A stretch of DNA of 64,000 bases, from positions 1 through 64,000 of IMG/VR virus record IMGVR_UViG_3300036818_000088. One strand, 5' to 3'. The notes under the pieces were generated by a model. It saw nothing but the letters and a program-made list of their open reading frames with translations. It ran no database searches and was not told the origin of the DNA. Positions within the stretch are counted from its first letter, which is position 1. Each line of letters begins with the position of its first letter. This stretch comes from a virus. Below are positions 17,793 through 27,223 of the stretch, in pieces. Made by a program: the position numbers and the translations under genes.

Positions 17793-17881
17793 GGGCGAAG
17801 TGATCCCGCTGGATGAGAAAGACCGCCTCGATGAGCGCGAGGCCGATATCGGGCCGCCGCCTTCACGGCGCCCCCACCGCG

Positions 17882-18265
17882 ATGACGAGCCACCCGACAA
17901 GGCGGCGTAAACGCTCAGGCGGCATCCTCGGCCGCCTCAGCGCAACGTTCACCGATCCGCGCCGCGTCGGAGGCTCAATCGACCCTGCCACTCGCCAGAT
18001 CGACCCCGAGCGCGCGGTGCTGCTTGAGCGCGTCGCCGTCGCCGAAGTCGCAATGGAGCGCGAGGACGTGGGCGAGTGCGTGCTGGCGATCGAGCTAGCC
18101 GGCAAGCTGAACACGACCAATGAGGAGGCGCGGCTACTGCTGCTCGCCACGCCCGACGCGGCGGCGCTGCTGGTCGCCCAGACACTAGGGCTGGCCCGTC
18201 ACGGCCGCGTCGGGCCTGAGTTCGAGGCTGCGCTTGAGAACAGAATTCGCGAGGCGGCGGGGTAG
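17882..18265 (+). CDS. Hypothetical protein
   Basis: ORF with phage-like codon usage. Confidence 0.55.
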   Translation: MTSHPTRRRKRSGGILGRLSATFTDPRRVGGSIDPATRQIDPERAVLLERVAVAEVAMEREDVGECVLAIELAGKLNTTNEEARLLLLATPDAAALLVAQTLGLARHGRVGPEFEAALENRIREAAG

Positions 18266-18268
18266 GGT

Positions 18269-19303
18269 GTGCGAGTCGGATCGGTCTTCAGCGGACACGG
18301 AGCGCTCGACTTCGGCCTCCACCTCGCCGGCCTTGAGCATGGCTGGTTCTGCGAGTCCGACCCCTTCCGCCGAGACATCCTCTCCAAGCGCTGGCCCGGA
18401 GTCCCAATCTTCGAGGACATCCGAGGACTCGGAGCAGATGACGCTGGATCCATCGATGTCATCGCTGGCGGCTTCCCCTGCCGAGGTATCTCAGCAGCAG
18501 GAAAGCGAGAGGGCTTCGGCCACCCCGAAACCGTTCTGTGGCGAGAGATGCTCCGGACCATTCGCGAGTTTCGACCCCGCTACGTCATCGTGGAGAACGT
18601 GCGCGATCTCCTTGTTCTCCGACCACCCGGAGGACACCCCGGAGACCTCTGGCGAGAGGTTCTTGGAGGGCTTTCCGCGAGCGGGTTCGATGCTGTCTGG
18701 GACGTGCTACCAGCAGCAGCCTTCGGCGCCCCTCACCTCCGTCAAAGGGTCGTCGCCATTGCTGCCCACTCCGACCGTGCAGGATGGGAGCAACGTGGAG
18801 GGCGAGAGCCAGACACGGCGCAACTCCCCGCCGCTGAACGCACTGGTCCGGCTGCTCCCAACCCCAACGGCCAACGACGACAACAAGTCCCCGGAGGCGC
18901 ATCTGGCGATGAAGCGGCGGATGTCGGAGACGGACGGCTCCGACCGCACGCAGATCACGAGCTTGCAGGTACTGGCGAAGGCGGGGTTCCAGCAGCCGAT
19001 GCCGCTCCTTCCGACCCTGACCAGCGCCTCCTACAAACAGGGCGGAACGGCAGCGGAGCAGACGGAGATCAAGCGGATTCTCGGGGTCTTGCCGAGTGGG
19101 GAGAGTACGGATTCGCCATCGAGCGATGGGAGCGAGTCCACGGGCCTGCGCCTAGCCCCCTCATTCGTAGAGTGGATGATGGGTCTTCCCCAGGGGTGGT
19201 CCGATCCCGACTGTCTGCTCTCGGCGACGGAGTTCTCGTTGATCTGGGAATCACAGCGGGGCGCTACGTCCTCGACCTCGACAGAGAAGTAGCCGATGCC
19301 TAA
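18269..19303 (+). CDS. dcm: C5-cytosine DNA methyltransferase (alpha chain, lacks motif IX)
   Basis: FSGHG (I), GGFPC (IV), ENV (VI), PHLRQRV (VIII), RLSALGDGV (X). Confidence 0.93.
   Translation: MRVGSVFSGHGALDFGLHLAGLEHGWFCESDPFRRDILSKRWPGVPIFEDIRGLGADDAGSIDVIAGGFPCRGISAAGKREGFGHPETVLWREMLRTIREFRPRYVIVENVRDLLVLRPPGGHPGDLWREVLGGLSASGFDAVWDVLPAAAFGAPHLRQRVVAIAAHSDRAGWEQRGGREPDTAQLPAAERTGPAAPNPNGQRRQQVPGGASGDEAADVGDGRLRPHADHELAGTGEGGVPAADAAPSDPDQRLLQTGRNGSGADGDQADSRGLAEWGEYGFAIERWERVHGPAPSPLIRRVDDGSSPGVVRSRLSALGDGVLVDLGITAGRYVLDLDREVADA
18438..19292 (+). CDS. Nested alternative-frame methyltransferase beta chain carrying motif IX
   Basis: Own GGAG-N3-ATG; three LLPT(P/L)T repeats; RLAPSFVEWMMGLPQGW. 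Confidence 0.7.
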   Translation: MTLDPSMSSLAASPAEVSQQQESERASATPKPFCGERCSGPFASFDPATSSWRTCAISLFSDHPEDTPETSGERFLEGFPRAGSMLSGTCYQQQPSAPLTSVKGSSPLLPTPTVQDGSNVEGESQTRRNSPPLNALVRLLPTPTANDDNKSPEAHLAMKRRMSETDGSDRTQITSLQVLAKAGFQQPMPLLPTLTSASYKQGGTAAEQTEIKRILGVLPSGESTDSPSSDGSESTGLRLAPSFVEWMMGLPQGWSDPDCLLSATEFSLIWESQRGATSSTSTEK

Positions 19304-20111
19304 ACCCCTAACGCACAGCGAACTGATCGAGCGCCTCCAACGCCGGGTGCTCAGCCATGAGGGCCAAGGGCATCGGGCCTTCCTGCTGACCGAGGTGGGG
19401 CTTGGCTCACGGCGCGCAGATGCGATCAGCATCGGCCTATGGGCTTCGCGCGGGCAGCTTCTCGAAGGCTTCGAGGCGAAGTCCACGCGGGGGGATTGGC
19501 TGCGGGAGTACGAAGACCACCAAAAGGCAGAACCGCTGATGGCTATCGTCGATCGTTACTGGCTCGTCACCAACCCCGATGTCCTGCAACCCGGTGAGTT
19601 GCCCGAGAGTTGGGGCCTGCTCATCTCCAACGGCCGCGGTCGCAACCTGAAGGTCGCCAAGCCGGCGCCGAAGTTGCGCGAGTCAGGTGACAGCGTAGGC
19701 CGTGAAGTCCTCGTCTCGTTGCTGCGGCGCCTGCGTGCCCTCGGTGAGGACGAACGAGCCGAGGTCTATGAACAGGCGCGTGAGGCCGCTGCCCAGTCGG
19801 TTGACTTCGACCGCCGCCGCCTTGAGCATGAAAACGAACGTCTCAAACGTTGGACACAGGAGTTCGAAGAAGGTTGGGATGCCTTCCACCGCGCCCTTGG
19901 ACTCGACCGCTGGAAGTGGCAGCCGACCGTCGAGAATCTCGCCTTCCTCGGCCAGGTCGCCGAAGCCCTGCGTGACGGCCAAGAGGGCCTGGAGCGCCTG
20001 CACCGCGATGTCAAGCACAAGGAAGCAGCAGCCGCTGATCTCGTCGGCCAGCTCAACGATGCGCTCGGCGACCTCGGCGCAGCCATCTACGGCAGGGGGC
20101 AGGCAGCTTGA
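19296..20111 (+). CDS. MmcB-like PD-(D/E)XK nuclease with coiled-coil tail
   Basis: EV..RRADAI..GFEAKSTRGDWLRE..K..DRYWLV..ELPESWGLL. Confidence 0.75.
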   Translation: MPKPLTHSELIERLQRRVLSHEGQGHRAFLLTEVGLGSRRADAISIGLWASRGQLLEGFEAKSTRGDWLREYEDHQKAEPLMAIVDRYWLVTNPDVLQPGELPESWGLLISNGRGRNLKVAKPAPKLRESGDSVGREVLVSLLRRLRALGEDERAEVYEQAREAAAQSVDFDRRRLEHENERLKRWTQEFEEGWDAFHRALGLDRWKWQPTVENLAFLGQVAEALRDGQEGLERLHRDVKHKEAAAADLVGQLNDALGDLGAAIYGRGQAA

Positions 20112-20851
20112 AGCCCTACTACTCCGAGGGCGGGATTGAGATTTGGCATGGCGATTGTCGAGAGGTGCTGCCGCAGATCGGCCCGGTCGACGCGGTCCTT
20201 ACTGATCCGCCCTACGGCGACACGTCCCTCGACTGGGACCAGCCGGTCAAGGGATGGCTGGACCTGATCGACACTCGCCAGGTTTGGTGCTTCGGGTCAA
20301 TGCGCTTCTGGCTCGAGCACGGTTCCGACTTCCGAGAGAACTGGACCTATGCGCAAGAGATCATCTGGGAGAAGCACAACGGGTCAAGCTTCCACGCCGA
20401 TCGTTTCAAGCGGGTGCACGAGTTGGCCATCCACTGGTATCGCGGCGCGTGGTCGGCGCTCTATCGGAACACGCCGGTCACCCTCGACGCGACTCCGCGA
20501 ACAGTTCGACGCAAGCAGCGCCCGCCGCACACCGGCCATATCGAGGCCGGTTCCTATCGCTCCCTTGACGGTGGCCTCAAGCTCATGCGCTCAGTGCTGC
20601 AGGTCCGCTCTGAGCACGGCCGCGCCGTACACCCGTGCCAGAAGCCGCTCGGCATCCTTACCCCGCTGCTTGGCTGCTCGGTTCCCCAGGGTGGCCTGGT
20701 CCTCGATCCGTTCATGGGCAGTGGGACCACGCTGCTTGCAGCTAAGAACCTGAATCGCCGAGCCATCGGTATCGAGATCGAGGAGCGCTTCTGTGAGGTC
20801 GCCGTCCAACGACTGGCGCAGGAAGTGCTCGATGTCGAGGCGGCATGCTGA
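20108..20851 (+). CDS. N4-C/N6-A DNA methyltransferase (beta class)
   Basis: GDC, TDPPY, HPCQKP, VLDPFMGSGTT, IGIEI. Confidence 0.93.
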   Translation: MKPYYSEGGIEIWHGDCREVLPQIGPVDAVLTDPPYGDTSLDWDQPVKGWLDLIDTRQVWCFGSMRFWLEHGSDFRENWTYAQEIIWEKHNGSSFHADRFKRVHELAIHWYRGAWSALYRNTPVTLDATPRTVRRKQRPPHTGHIEAGSYRSLDGGLKLMRSVLQVRSEHGRAVHPCQKPLGILTPLLGCSVPQGGLVLDPFMGSGTTLLAAKNLNRRAIGIEIEERFCEVAVQRLAQEVLDVEAAC

Positions 20852-20893
20852 ACCTCCTTCACCACATGCTAAGATGCCCTGCACACCCGATCA
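20849..20893 (+). promoter_or_regulatory. Promoter: palindrome, extended -10 and ACACCCGATC box
   Basis: TGAACCTCCTTCA ccaca TGCTAAGAT gccctgc ACACCCGATCA. Confidence 0.85.
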
Positions 20894-20917
20894 TCGACTC
20901 CTGAAGGAGCGTGCCAG

Positions 20918-21492
20918 ATGCCCGACGATTTCCTCATCACCGAATTCAAGGACTCGGCCGAGATCCCGCCGGAGGTTGCCGAGAGACAGTTCGAAGTATA
21001 CCGCCGCCTCATGAGCACCCGGATCTTCGATCATCAGCGCGACTGCCCCGAAGATGTCCAACGCCGCAGCTTCCCCCCTGTCGTAGGCCCCGGCCGCGGT
21101 CGCCCCCTCAAGCCGTGAGCGAGCCTTTCGAGCTGCGCGGTCGCAAGCTCTACCAACAGAGCGAACGGGTAAAACTCAGCCCCGGCGACAGCGCAGAAGT
21201 CAACCGTCGCCAGGCCCGCGCGATGCAAGATGCCGTCGCCAAGGCTCGCGCAGAGGGTCGGCTGACGGTTGCCGATGCCCGTGGCGAGCTAGGCGTCCTG
21301 CATGAAGTCCTGCGCCAACTCAATGTCGCCGGCTCACTTCCCGTCGGCATCCGCCTCGCCCCCGCCGAGCGCGAGTACGGTCTCCGCACCAAGGTCCAGG
21401 CCGCCCAGCGCCAGCGTCGCCGTGCCGAGAAGAAAGCCCGCGCCGCAGGTCGAGCACCGAAGAAATCGAAGTCGCGCAAGCGTCGCGGCTAG
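20918..21492 (+). CDS. Two hypothetical ORFs (20918-21118, 21115-21492)
   Basis: SD AAGGAG; GTGA overlap; basic C-terminus. Confidence 0.55.
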
Positions 21493-21532
21493 CGCTAACG
21501 ATCTTCGGACCAAAGTACGCTCCGCCCTGTGC

Positions 21533-21938
21533 ATGGGAACCGATCTGCGACTACTGCAATCGCTTGGATGCTACCTCGGGATGGTGCTCCTCGTTGGCCA
21601 ACTTCTGCTTCGCGCGTTCGCTCAGATCCCTTTCGACTCTCTCTTCCTCGGCATCACCGGCCTTCTTATCCTCACGCCAATGTTCGGCACCGACTTCGTT
21701 GTTGCGGTAATAAGAGCGGTGCGGGGTAGTGGGGGAGCCAATGATCGGAGTTCCACCGATGGCCTCTAACCCAGTCCAAACGGTGGTAGCCTTCATGCGG
21801 CAACGCGCCCGCCTGATGGCAACCAAGGCACCCAAGGATGCGCCTTGGCTGCTGATCGGCGTATTGATCCTAGGAATAATCTTGCTGCTGCTCTACGGCC
21901 TCGCCTCGCAGCTTGACATGGGAATGGTGAGCTGGTGA
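21533..21938 (+). CDS. Two small membrane proteins (21533-21769, 21741-21938)
   Basis: Hydrophobic segments; overlapping. Confidence 0.5.
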
Positions 21939-22783
21939 CGCGCCAAGACATTGTCGAAGCCGTCGAAGAGGCGCAAAGGCCGCTTGTCACTCGCGTAGAC
22001 AGGCTGAGCAAGGAACGCCATTATCTGCTGGCGATCACCGCCCTCGCCTTCATCACCGCCATCGTGTCGGTTCTCTACGGCCTCAACCGCGAAGACGCAC
22101 TGCAAAATCAGCTCGATGCCAACCAGAAGCAGGGAGCGCTCAGCCGAATCGTCGTCTGCGCTGCCGCCAAGAGCACCTCGCTGGCGCCACGCGACCAGCC
22201 GCTCGGTGGCGAGACCCGTGACCGCTACCTGAACCGCCTTGAGGCCCAGCGCGAGCAGCTCTTGGCTGTCGTCGACCTGCGCTGCCCGACCCTGCCCGGA
22301 TTCTCATCCTTCCCTTTCCTGCGCGCACATGCCATCGCTGAAATCGAAACGATCCTGCAACGATTGGCGCCTGACAAGCTGCGGCGAGCGCTCGAAGCCG
22401 AAGCGGTACATAAAACGGCTTCCGTCTTGCCCACCGAATCTTCGTCGGCGACTATTCCTGCCATCGCCGACGGCGTGGAAGGATCGGGCAATTCGGCTAT
22501 CCCCGCCAGCCCTCCGGGTAGTTCGCCCTCTCCCAAACACCCGTCCTCACCCCAGCCCCACGGCCCATCGCCTCCTCATGAAAGCGGCGGCGATGGTGGT
22601 GAGAAACATCCCAACCAGCCAATCACGTCGCCTGTGACGCCAGTGTCCGAACCAAACCCCGAACCCTCTACTGAACCGACTCCCTCAGAGCCCGAAGCTG
22701 CCGCCAAACCGGGCCTGCTCGATCCGACGCTCAACAAAGTCTGCGAACTGGCGTCAGCAGTCGGACTCTGCACACCGCGCTAG
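21935..22783 (+). CDS. Single-TM protein with Pro/Ser-rich C-terminal region
   Basis: YLLAITALAFITAIVSVLYGL; PSSPQPHGPSPP..EPNPEPSTEP. Confidence 0.65.
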   Translation: MTRQDIVEAVEEAQRPLVTRVDRLSKERHYLLAITALAFITAIVSVLYGLNREDALQNQLDANQKQGALSRIVVCAAAKSTSLAPRDQPLGGETRDRYLNRLEAQREQLLAVVDLRCPTLPGFSSFPFLRAHAIAEIETILQRLAPDKLRRALEAEAVHKTASVLPTESSSATIPAIADGVEGSGNSAIPASPPGSSPSPKHPSSPQPHGPSPPHESGGDGGEKHPNQPITSPVTPVSEPNPEPSTEPTPSEPEAAAKPGLLDPTLNKVCELASAVGLCTPR

Positions 22784-22858
22784 GCTTCCTCCCCGGATGT
22801 CCTGCCGGGGAACCCAAACGTGACCATGCCTGCCCGCGGCCTTGGCGAGGGTGCGGTG

Positions 22859-24628
22859 ATGACCACGGGCCTCAGTCTGCGGGAGCTGGTCAGCGAAGAG
22901 GCACGACGGCAATCGGGAGAGCGCGACATCCACCGCCGAGGGATGCGTGAGTACGCGCAGCTCGTCCCTGAGGGCAATATGGGGCCGCTGCGTCTCGACG
23001 ACTTTCCCTACCAGGTCGAGCCGTTTTATTCCGATGAGATCGCCGATGCGCCAGAGGTTTGTCTAAGGAAGGGGAATCAGGTCGGGGCGAGCACCGCTCT
23101 CTGGCGTTGGGCCGTCCGCCGCTGCGACCAGTTCAACGAGACGACGATCTACTTCTTCCCGACCGCCACGCATGTCACCGACTTTGGCGATGAGAGAATC
23201 GAGCCTTCAATCGAAGCAAGCGACTATCTTCTTCGGCGAATTCCGCAGGGGCACACCCGCCGCAAGGGCATGAAGCAGATCGGCGGCGGCATCCTGCATC
23301 TCCGCGGCCTGCAATCCAAGGTGGGAGCCCAAGCTGTCGCCGCCCAAGCGATCGTGATCGACGAGTACGATAGTTGTCCTGCGGACTCGATCGCCGACGC
23401 CGAGCGCCGCCTTACCGGTGCCGCCCAGACGGGTCACAAGCCACGCATCCGCCGGATCGGCCGTCCCTCGCTGCCGGGCTACGGGATCGACGCAGTCTTC
23501 GGCGAAAGCGACCAGCGCCAGTGGCATGTGACCTGCCCGGAATGTGGCGAGGTGCAGCTGATCGAGTTCGCCGAGAACCTGCGCTGGCGAAGCGGTGCCG
23601 GCGGCGACCGGATTTTGCGCCCCGGCCGCGACGATTACGAGGTCCGCAAAGACATCGCCGAGGCATGGCGGGCCTGCCGCTCATGCGAGGCCAGCCTCGA
23701 GGGTGACCCGATCAAGCAGGGCGTCTGGAAGGCAACCGCGCATGGCCCCGGCCGCGGCCCCGGATTCCACATCTCGCGGATGATCGTCCCCTACACCGAT
23801 CTCGCGCAGATCGTCATCGCTTCCAGGGCGACCAAGATCAGTGAGGTCGAAGCCTTCCACAACGGCGACCTCGGCATTCCCTACGCCGCCGCCGACGCGA
23901 TGCTCACCGACGCCGACCTTGACCGCGCGATGGCACATGGCTATGAGGAAGCACAGATGAGCTACCAGGGGAACATGCCGGTGACAATGGGAATAGATGT
24001 CGCCTCCGAGCGCGATCTCTCAGCACGCATTACCGAGCACTGGCCCGACGGCACCCGCAAGGCGCTGCGCGTCTTTGAACCGCATGACTTCGAGGAAGTG
24101 GCGAAGGCGATGGAAGCCTTCAACGTCACCATCGCCGCGGTCGACGCCCAGCCCGAGCGCCGCTCCGCCAAGGCCCTCATGCGCGACTTCCCCGGCCGCG
24201 TCGTGCTAGTCGAATTCGAGAGCAGCCCACGGGCACCGGCTTGGAAATACAAGCCCGAGGAGAACACCGTCCGCATCAATCGAACCGAGGCGCTCGACGC
24301 GATGATGGACGGTATCCGCGACGGCTCCAATGTGCTGCTGCGCGAGGAGCCGCCCAACTACCGTGAGCAGATGAAGGCCCTGAAGCGCCGGATCGAGGAA
24401 GACAGTAAAGGGCAGCCGAGAAAGGTCTATGTGACCACGGGTTCAGCGGGGGACGATTACGCTTTCGCTGAGACCTATGACCTCGTCGCCAAGGAGATGC
24501 TGATGCAGATCCAGATGGCTTCCGAAATGGAGGGCGAACCCGTGCAGATGACGCCCGACCAGGCTCCCGTGCGGCTCGGATACGGTGTCTCCGATTACGA
24601 TCCTGGCCTCTCGGGAGGAGAATACTGA
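22859..24628 (+). CDS. Terminase large subunit, lambda GpA family
   Basis: PYQ, KGNQVGAS (Walker A-like), IVIDEYD (Walker B), SDQRQWHVTCPECG, CRSC, GFHIS, MGIDV, DDYAFA. Confidence 0.92.
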   Translation: MTTGLSLRELVSEEARRQSGERDIHRRGMREYAQLVPEGNMGPLRLDDFPYQVEPFYSDEIADAPEVCLRKGNQVGASTALWRWAVRRCDQFNETTIYFFPTATHVTDFGDERIEPSIEASDYLLRRIPQGHTRRKGMKQIGGGILHLRGLQSKVGAQAVAAQAIVIDEYDSCPADSIADAERRLTGAAQTGHKPRIRRIGRPSLPGYGIDAVFGESDQRQWHVTCPECGEVQLIEFAENLRWRSGAGGDRILRPGRDDYEVRKDIAEAWRACRSCEASLEGDPIKQGVWKATAHGPGRGPGFHISRMIVPYTDLAQIVIASRATKISEVEAFHNGDLGIPYAAADAMLTDADLDRAMAHGYEEAQMSYQGNMPVTMGIDVASERDLSARITEHWPDGTRKALRVFEPHDFEEVAKAMEAFNVTIAAVDAQPERRSAKALMRDFPGRVVLVEFESSPRAPAWKYKPEENTVRINRTEALDAMMDGIRDGSNVLLREEPPNYREQMKALKRRIEEDSKGQPRKVYVTTGSAGDDYAFAETYDLVAKEMLMQIQMASEMEGEPVQMTPDQAPVRLGYGVSDYDPGLSGGEY

Positions 24629-24629
24629 G

Positions 24630-24926
24630 GTGTCGGTATCCAAAGCCGAAATGGGAGAGAAGAATCCGATCGCATACGCGCAGGGAGCCAAGCGCGCTCG
24701 CGAGGCCCGCTCCAACGTCGCTGCCCAGCTCGCCGCCCTGATCGAGTCCGCCGACCTGACCGGCTCCCATCCCTTCGTCGCCAAACGAGTCATGGGCTAC
24801 TCCCAAGCGGTGAAGGCCCACGATCCCCTGCTGATCCGAGCGGCCCTGATGGACTTGGCGGCGGCGGCAGGCGCAACCGCAGCGGCAATCGACCTCTGCT
24901 CTCCACAGACCCGTCAGGCGGCCTGA
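24630..24926 (+). CDS. Hypothetical protein
   Basis: GTG after GGAGGAG. Confidence 0.55.
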   Translation: MSVSKAEMGEKNPIAYAQGAKRAREARSNVAAQLAALIESADLTGSHPFVAKRVMGYSQAVKAHDPLLIRAALMDLAAAAGATAAAIDLCSPQTRQAA

Positions 24927-24931
24927 GCCGG

Positions 24932-24957
24932 TGCTAGGCTGCCCCTGCACCCGATCC
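24932..24957 (+). promoter_or_regulatory. Promoter with TGCACCCGATC box (no TGAA palindrome)
   Basis: TGCTAGGCT gcccc TGCACCCGATC ct AAGGAG. Confidence 0.7.
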
Positions 24958-24971
24958 TAAGGAGAACACCG

Positions 24972-26779
24972 ATGCAGAGCAGCACGCCTGAGATACCAGA
25001 GGAGGCAGAGGAGACTGCCTTGGACAACGCGCACGTTGGCTGGCGGGTACATCCCGACTCCTCGGAGGCGAACCACATTCGCCGTGCCCTCCAGGCCGCT
25101 GCCCCGGTCCTCCGCCAGCAGGGGGCTGAGGAAGCGGAGCAGAAGCTTGAAAGCTGGTGGAAAGACACCACAAACTACTGGCATCAGCGCGCTGGGGAGC
25201 TTGAACAGCAGCTAGGCGTCGAACGCGAGGCGGCCATTGCGGAGTTCCTGCAACGGGCGCGATGGGCACAGGAAGACTCCGAGAAGCACAGGGCGCGGGG
25301 TGATAATGAAGCGGCCCAGCTAGCCCGTGAGCGAGAGCGAACCTACGCCCTCGCCATAACCTATCTGCGGGAGTTCCCTGACAATCCCTCTGCCCTTCGC
25401 GCCGCCCTCGATAATCAGGAGGCTCACTGATGCCATCCGACGACCTGATCCTCCCCCCCGGCTCCGATAGGCCCCCTACCGAGGGCGCAGCGCTGCTGGG
25501 CAACGAGGCCAAGCACCTCGCCGCCCAGCGCGCAGGGCTCTACTGCACCTCCTGCGGGCAGTCGATGGACGAGCCGGGCTGGGAGTACTTCTCTGTGCGC
25601 TCCGATGTCCGCGAAGGCGTCCCCGTCATCGTCAGCGGCATCGCCTACATCTGCAACCGCGACTGCTGCACCGAAGCCCGCTCGGCACTTGAGAAGACAG
25701 CCGCAGGCCGTCGCCCTTGGCAGCCGTGGCACATCTTCTACGTCGAGGTGCCCGATGCCCTGCCGCCAGTTGAGCCTGGCGAGGAGGCCGAAGCGGAGAC
25801 CTCCGATGCCTAACCCGACAGAGCCGACGCGGTATCGACTCGCCTCAGTTAAGGGCTATGTCGGGAGGCTTGTTGAGGACCGAACTGGGGGCATAGTTCT
25901 CTGGCGCGACCACGAGAAAGCCGTACAGCGCATAGCCGAGAACGAGAGGGAGCGGCTGGCGAGGAAAGAGCGACCCGGCCTTCCACCAATCCTGATGTCA
26001 CTTCATGATGCCGCGCCCGAGTTGGCGGCGATCATCGCGGCGGCACTGACTGTTGCCGAGGAGGAGGTTCTGAAGGAAGTTGCCGACTGCCTCCGCCCGT
26101 TCGTGGAGGCCAAGCCGCTGCCCGGCTCGAAGGACGACCGCTATCAGGTCACGGTAGATGGCGCGGCGCTTTGCGAGGCCAAGGAGCTGCTTTCCCACCC
26201 GTTCCTCGCCGCCCCACCCGACAACCAAGAGACTCCCTAATGGCTGAGGGAGCCAGGCACGAGCTCGCCGACCACATCGCCACGATCCTCAAGCGCGCCT
26301 ATCCGAACGAAGTCGCCAAGGACGAACTCGAAGACCAGGCCGGCGTCAGCTCGAAAGACCTCCGCGCCGCCCTCGATTCGCTCAGCGAGGAAGGCGAACT
26401 AGACCCTCTCGCCGAGCACTTCCGCTGGCGCGACCCGAGCGGCCAAGACAAGCCGCCGCCCGACCAGCCCGATGAAGAGGACAGGCAGAGCGCCACGGCG
26501 CCAGCCAACACGACCGCTGGCGGAGCGACAGGCAAACTCGACCTGAAGGTGGCGATCGGTTTCGCCATCGACAATCCCGAGGACGACGAAGGCGTCAAGC
26601 AGCAGGCCCAGCAGATCATCGAACAGATCAAGAGCGCCCTTGAGGATATGCCCGGCATGGGAGTCGCGGTCAGCGCCAAGCGCCTTGAGGTCTTTGATCG
26701 CCCTCGCGTGCTGTTCGACGCCGCTGAGGAGGCGAGCGTTGAGGAGGCAGAGCCAGAAGCGCCCGAGGAAGAGCAGTAG
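24972..26779 (+). CDS. Four hypothetical ORFs (24972-25430, 25430-25813 with CxxC..CxxxC, 25806-26240, 26240-26779 with winged-helix-like N-terminus)
   Basis: Translationally coupled; SD motifs. Confidence 0.6.
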
Positions 26780-26804
26780 AAGCCCCGCGAGAAGGGAGAA
26801 TGGA

Positions 26805-27161
26805 ATGCAGGCAGGAACTGCGACAGCGCCGCGCCGCCAGCAGACGATGGATGCGCTGGCTATGGCGAACCGTCGTCGGCAAGACCACAAGAATCTGAAA
26901 TGGGAGATCGCATCCGGTGCCGTGACAGCCAAGGCGGCGTTCGCCGACCCCCGCGCCATCGGTGCCTTCACGGTCGGGAATTTGCTCATTGCGCAACGCG
27001 GCTGGGGTGAGCGGAAAGCGATCAGGTTCCTAATGGCCATCGGCGCAACCTCGGCGGTCCTCGTTAAGCCCGTCGACAAGCTGACGGAGCGCCAGCGCGA
27101 CATCTTGCTGCGGGCGCTTGACCGCCCCTTCGCCGTGCCAGTCGATGGCGACGTATGGTGA
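26805..27161 (+). CDS. mihF: Actinobacterial integration host factor (mIHF, S13-like H2TH) homologue
   Basis: ALAMANRRR..LKWEIASG..VGNLLIAQRGWGERKA..VDKLTERQR. Confidence 0.75.
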   Translation: MQAGTATAPRRQQTMDALAMANRRRQDHKNLKWEIASGAVTAKAAFADPRAIGAFTVGNLLIAQRGWGERKAIRFLMAIGATSAVLVKPVDKLTERQRDILLRALDRPFAVPVDGDVW

Positions 27162-27204
27162 AGTAGCTTCAGCTATGTGCTAATGTCCACGGCACACCCG
27201 ATCA
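27159..27204 (+). promoter_or_regulatory. Promoter: palindrome, extended -10 and ACACCCGATC box
   Basis: TGAAGTAGCTTCA gctatg TGCTAATGT ccacggc ACACCCGATCA. Confidence 0.85.
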
Positions 27205-27223
27205 AACGACTCCTCATGGGATC

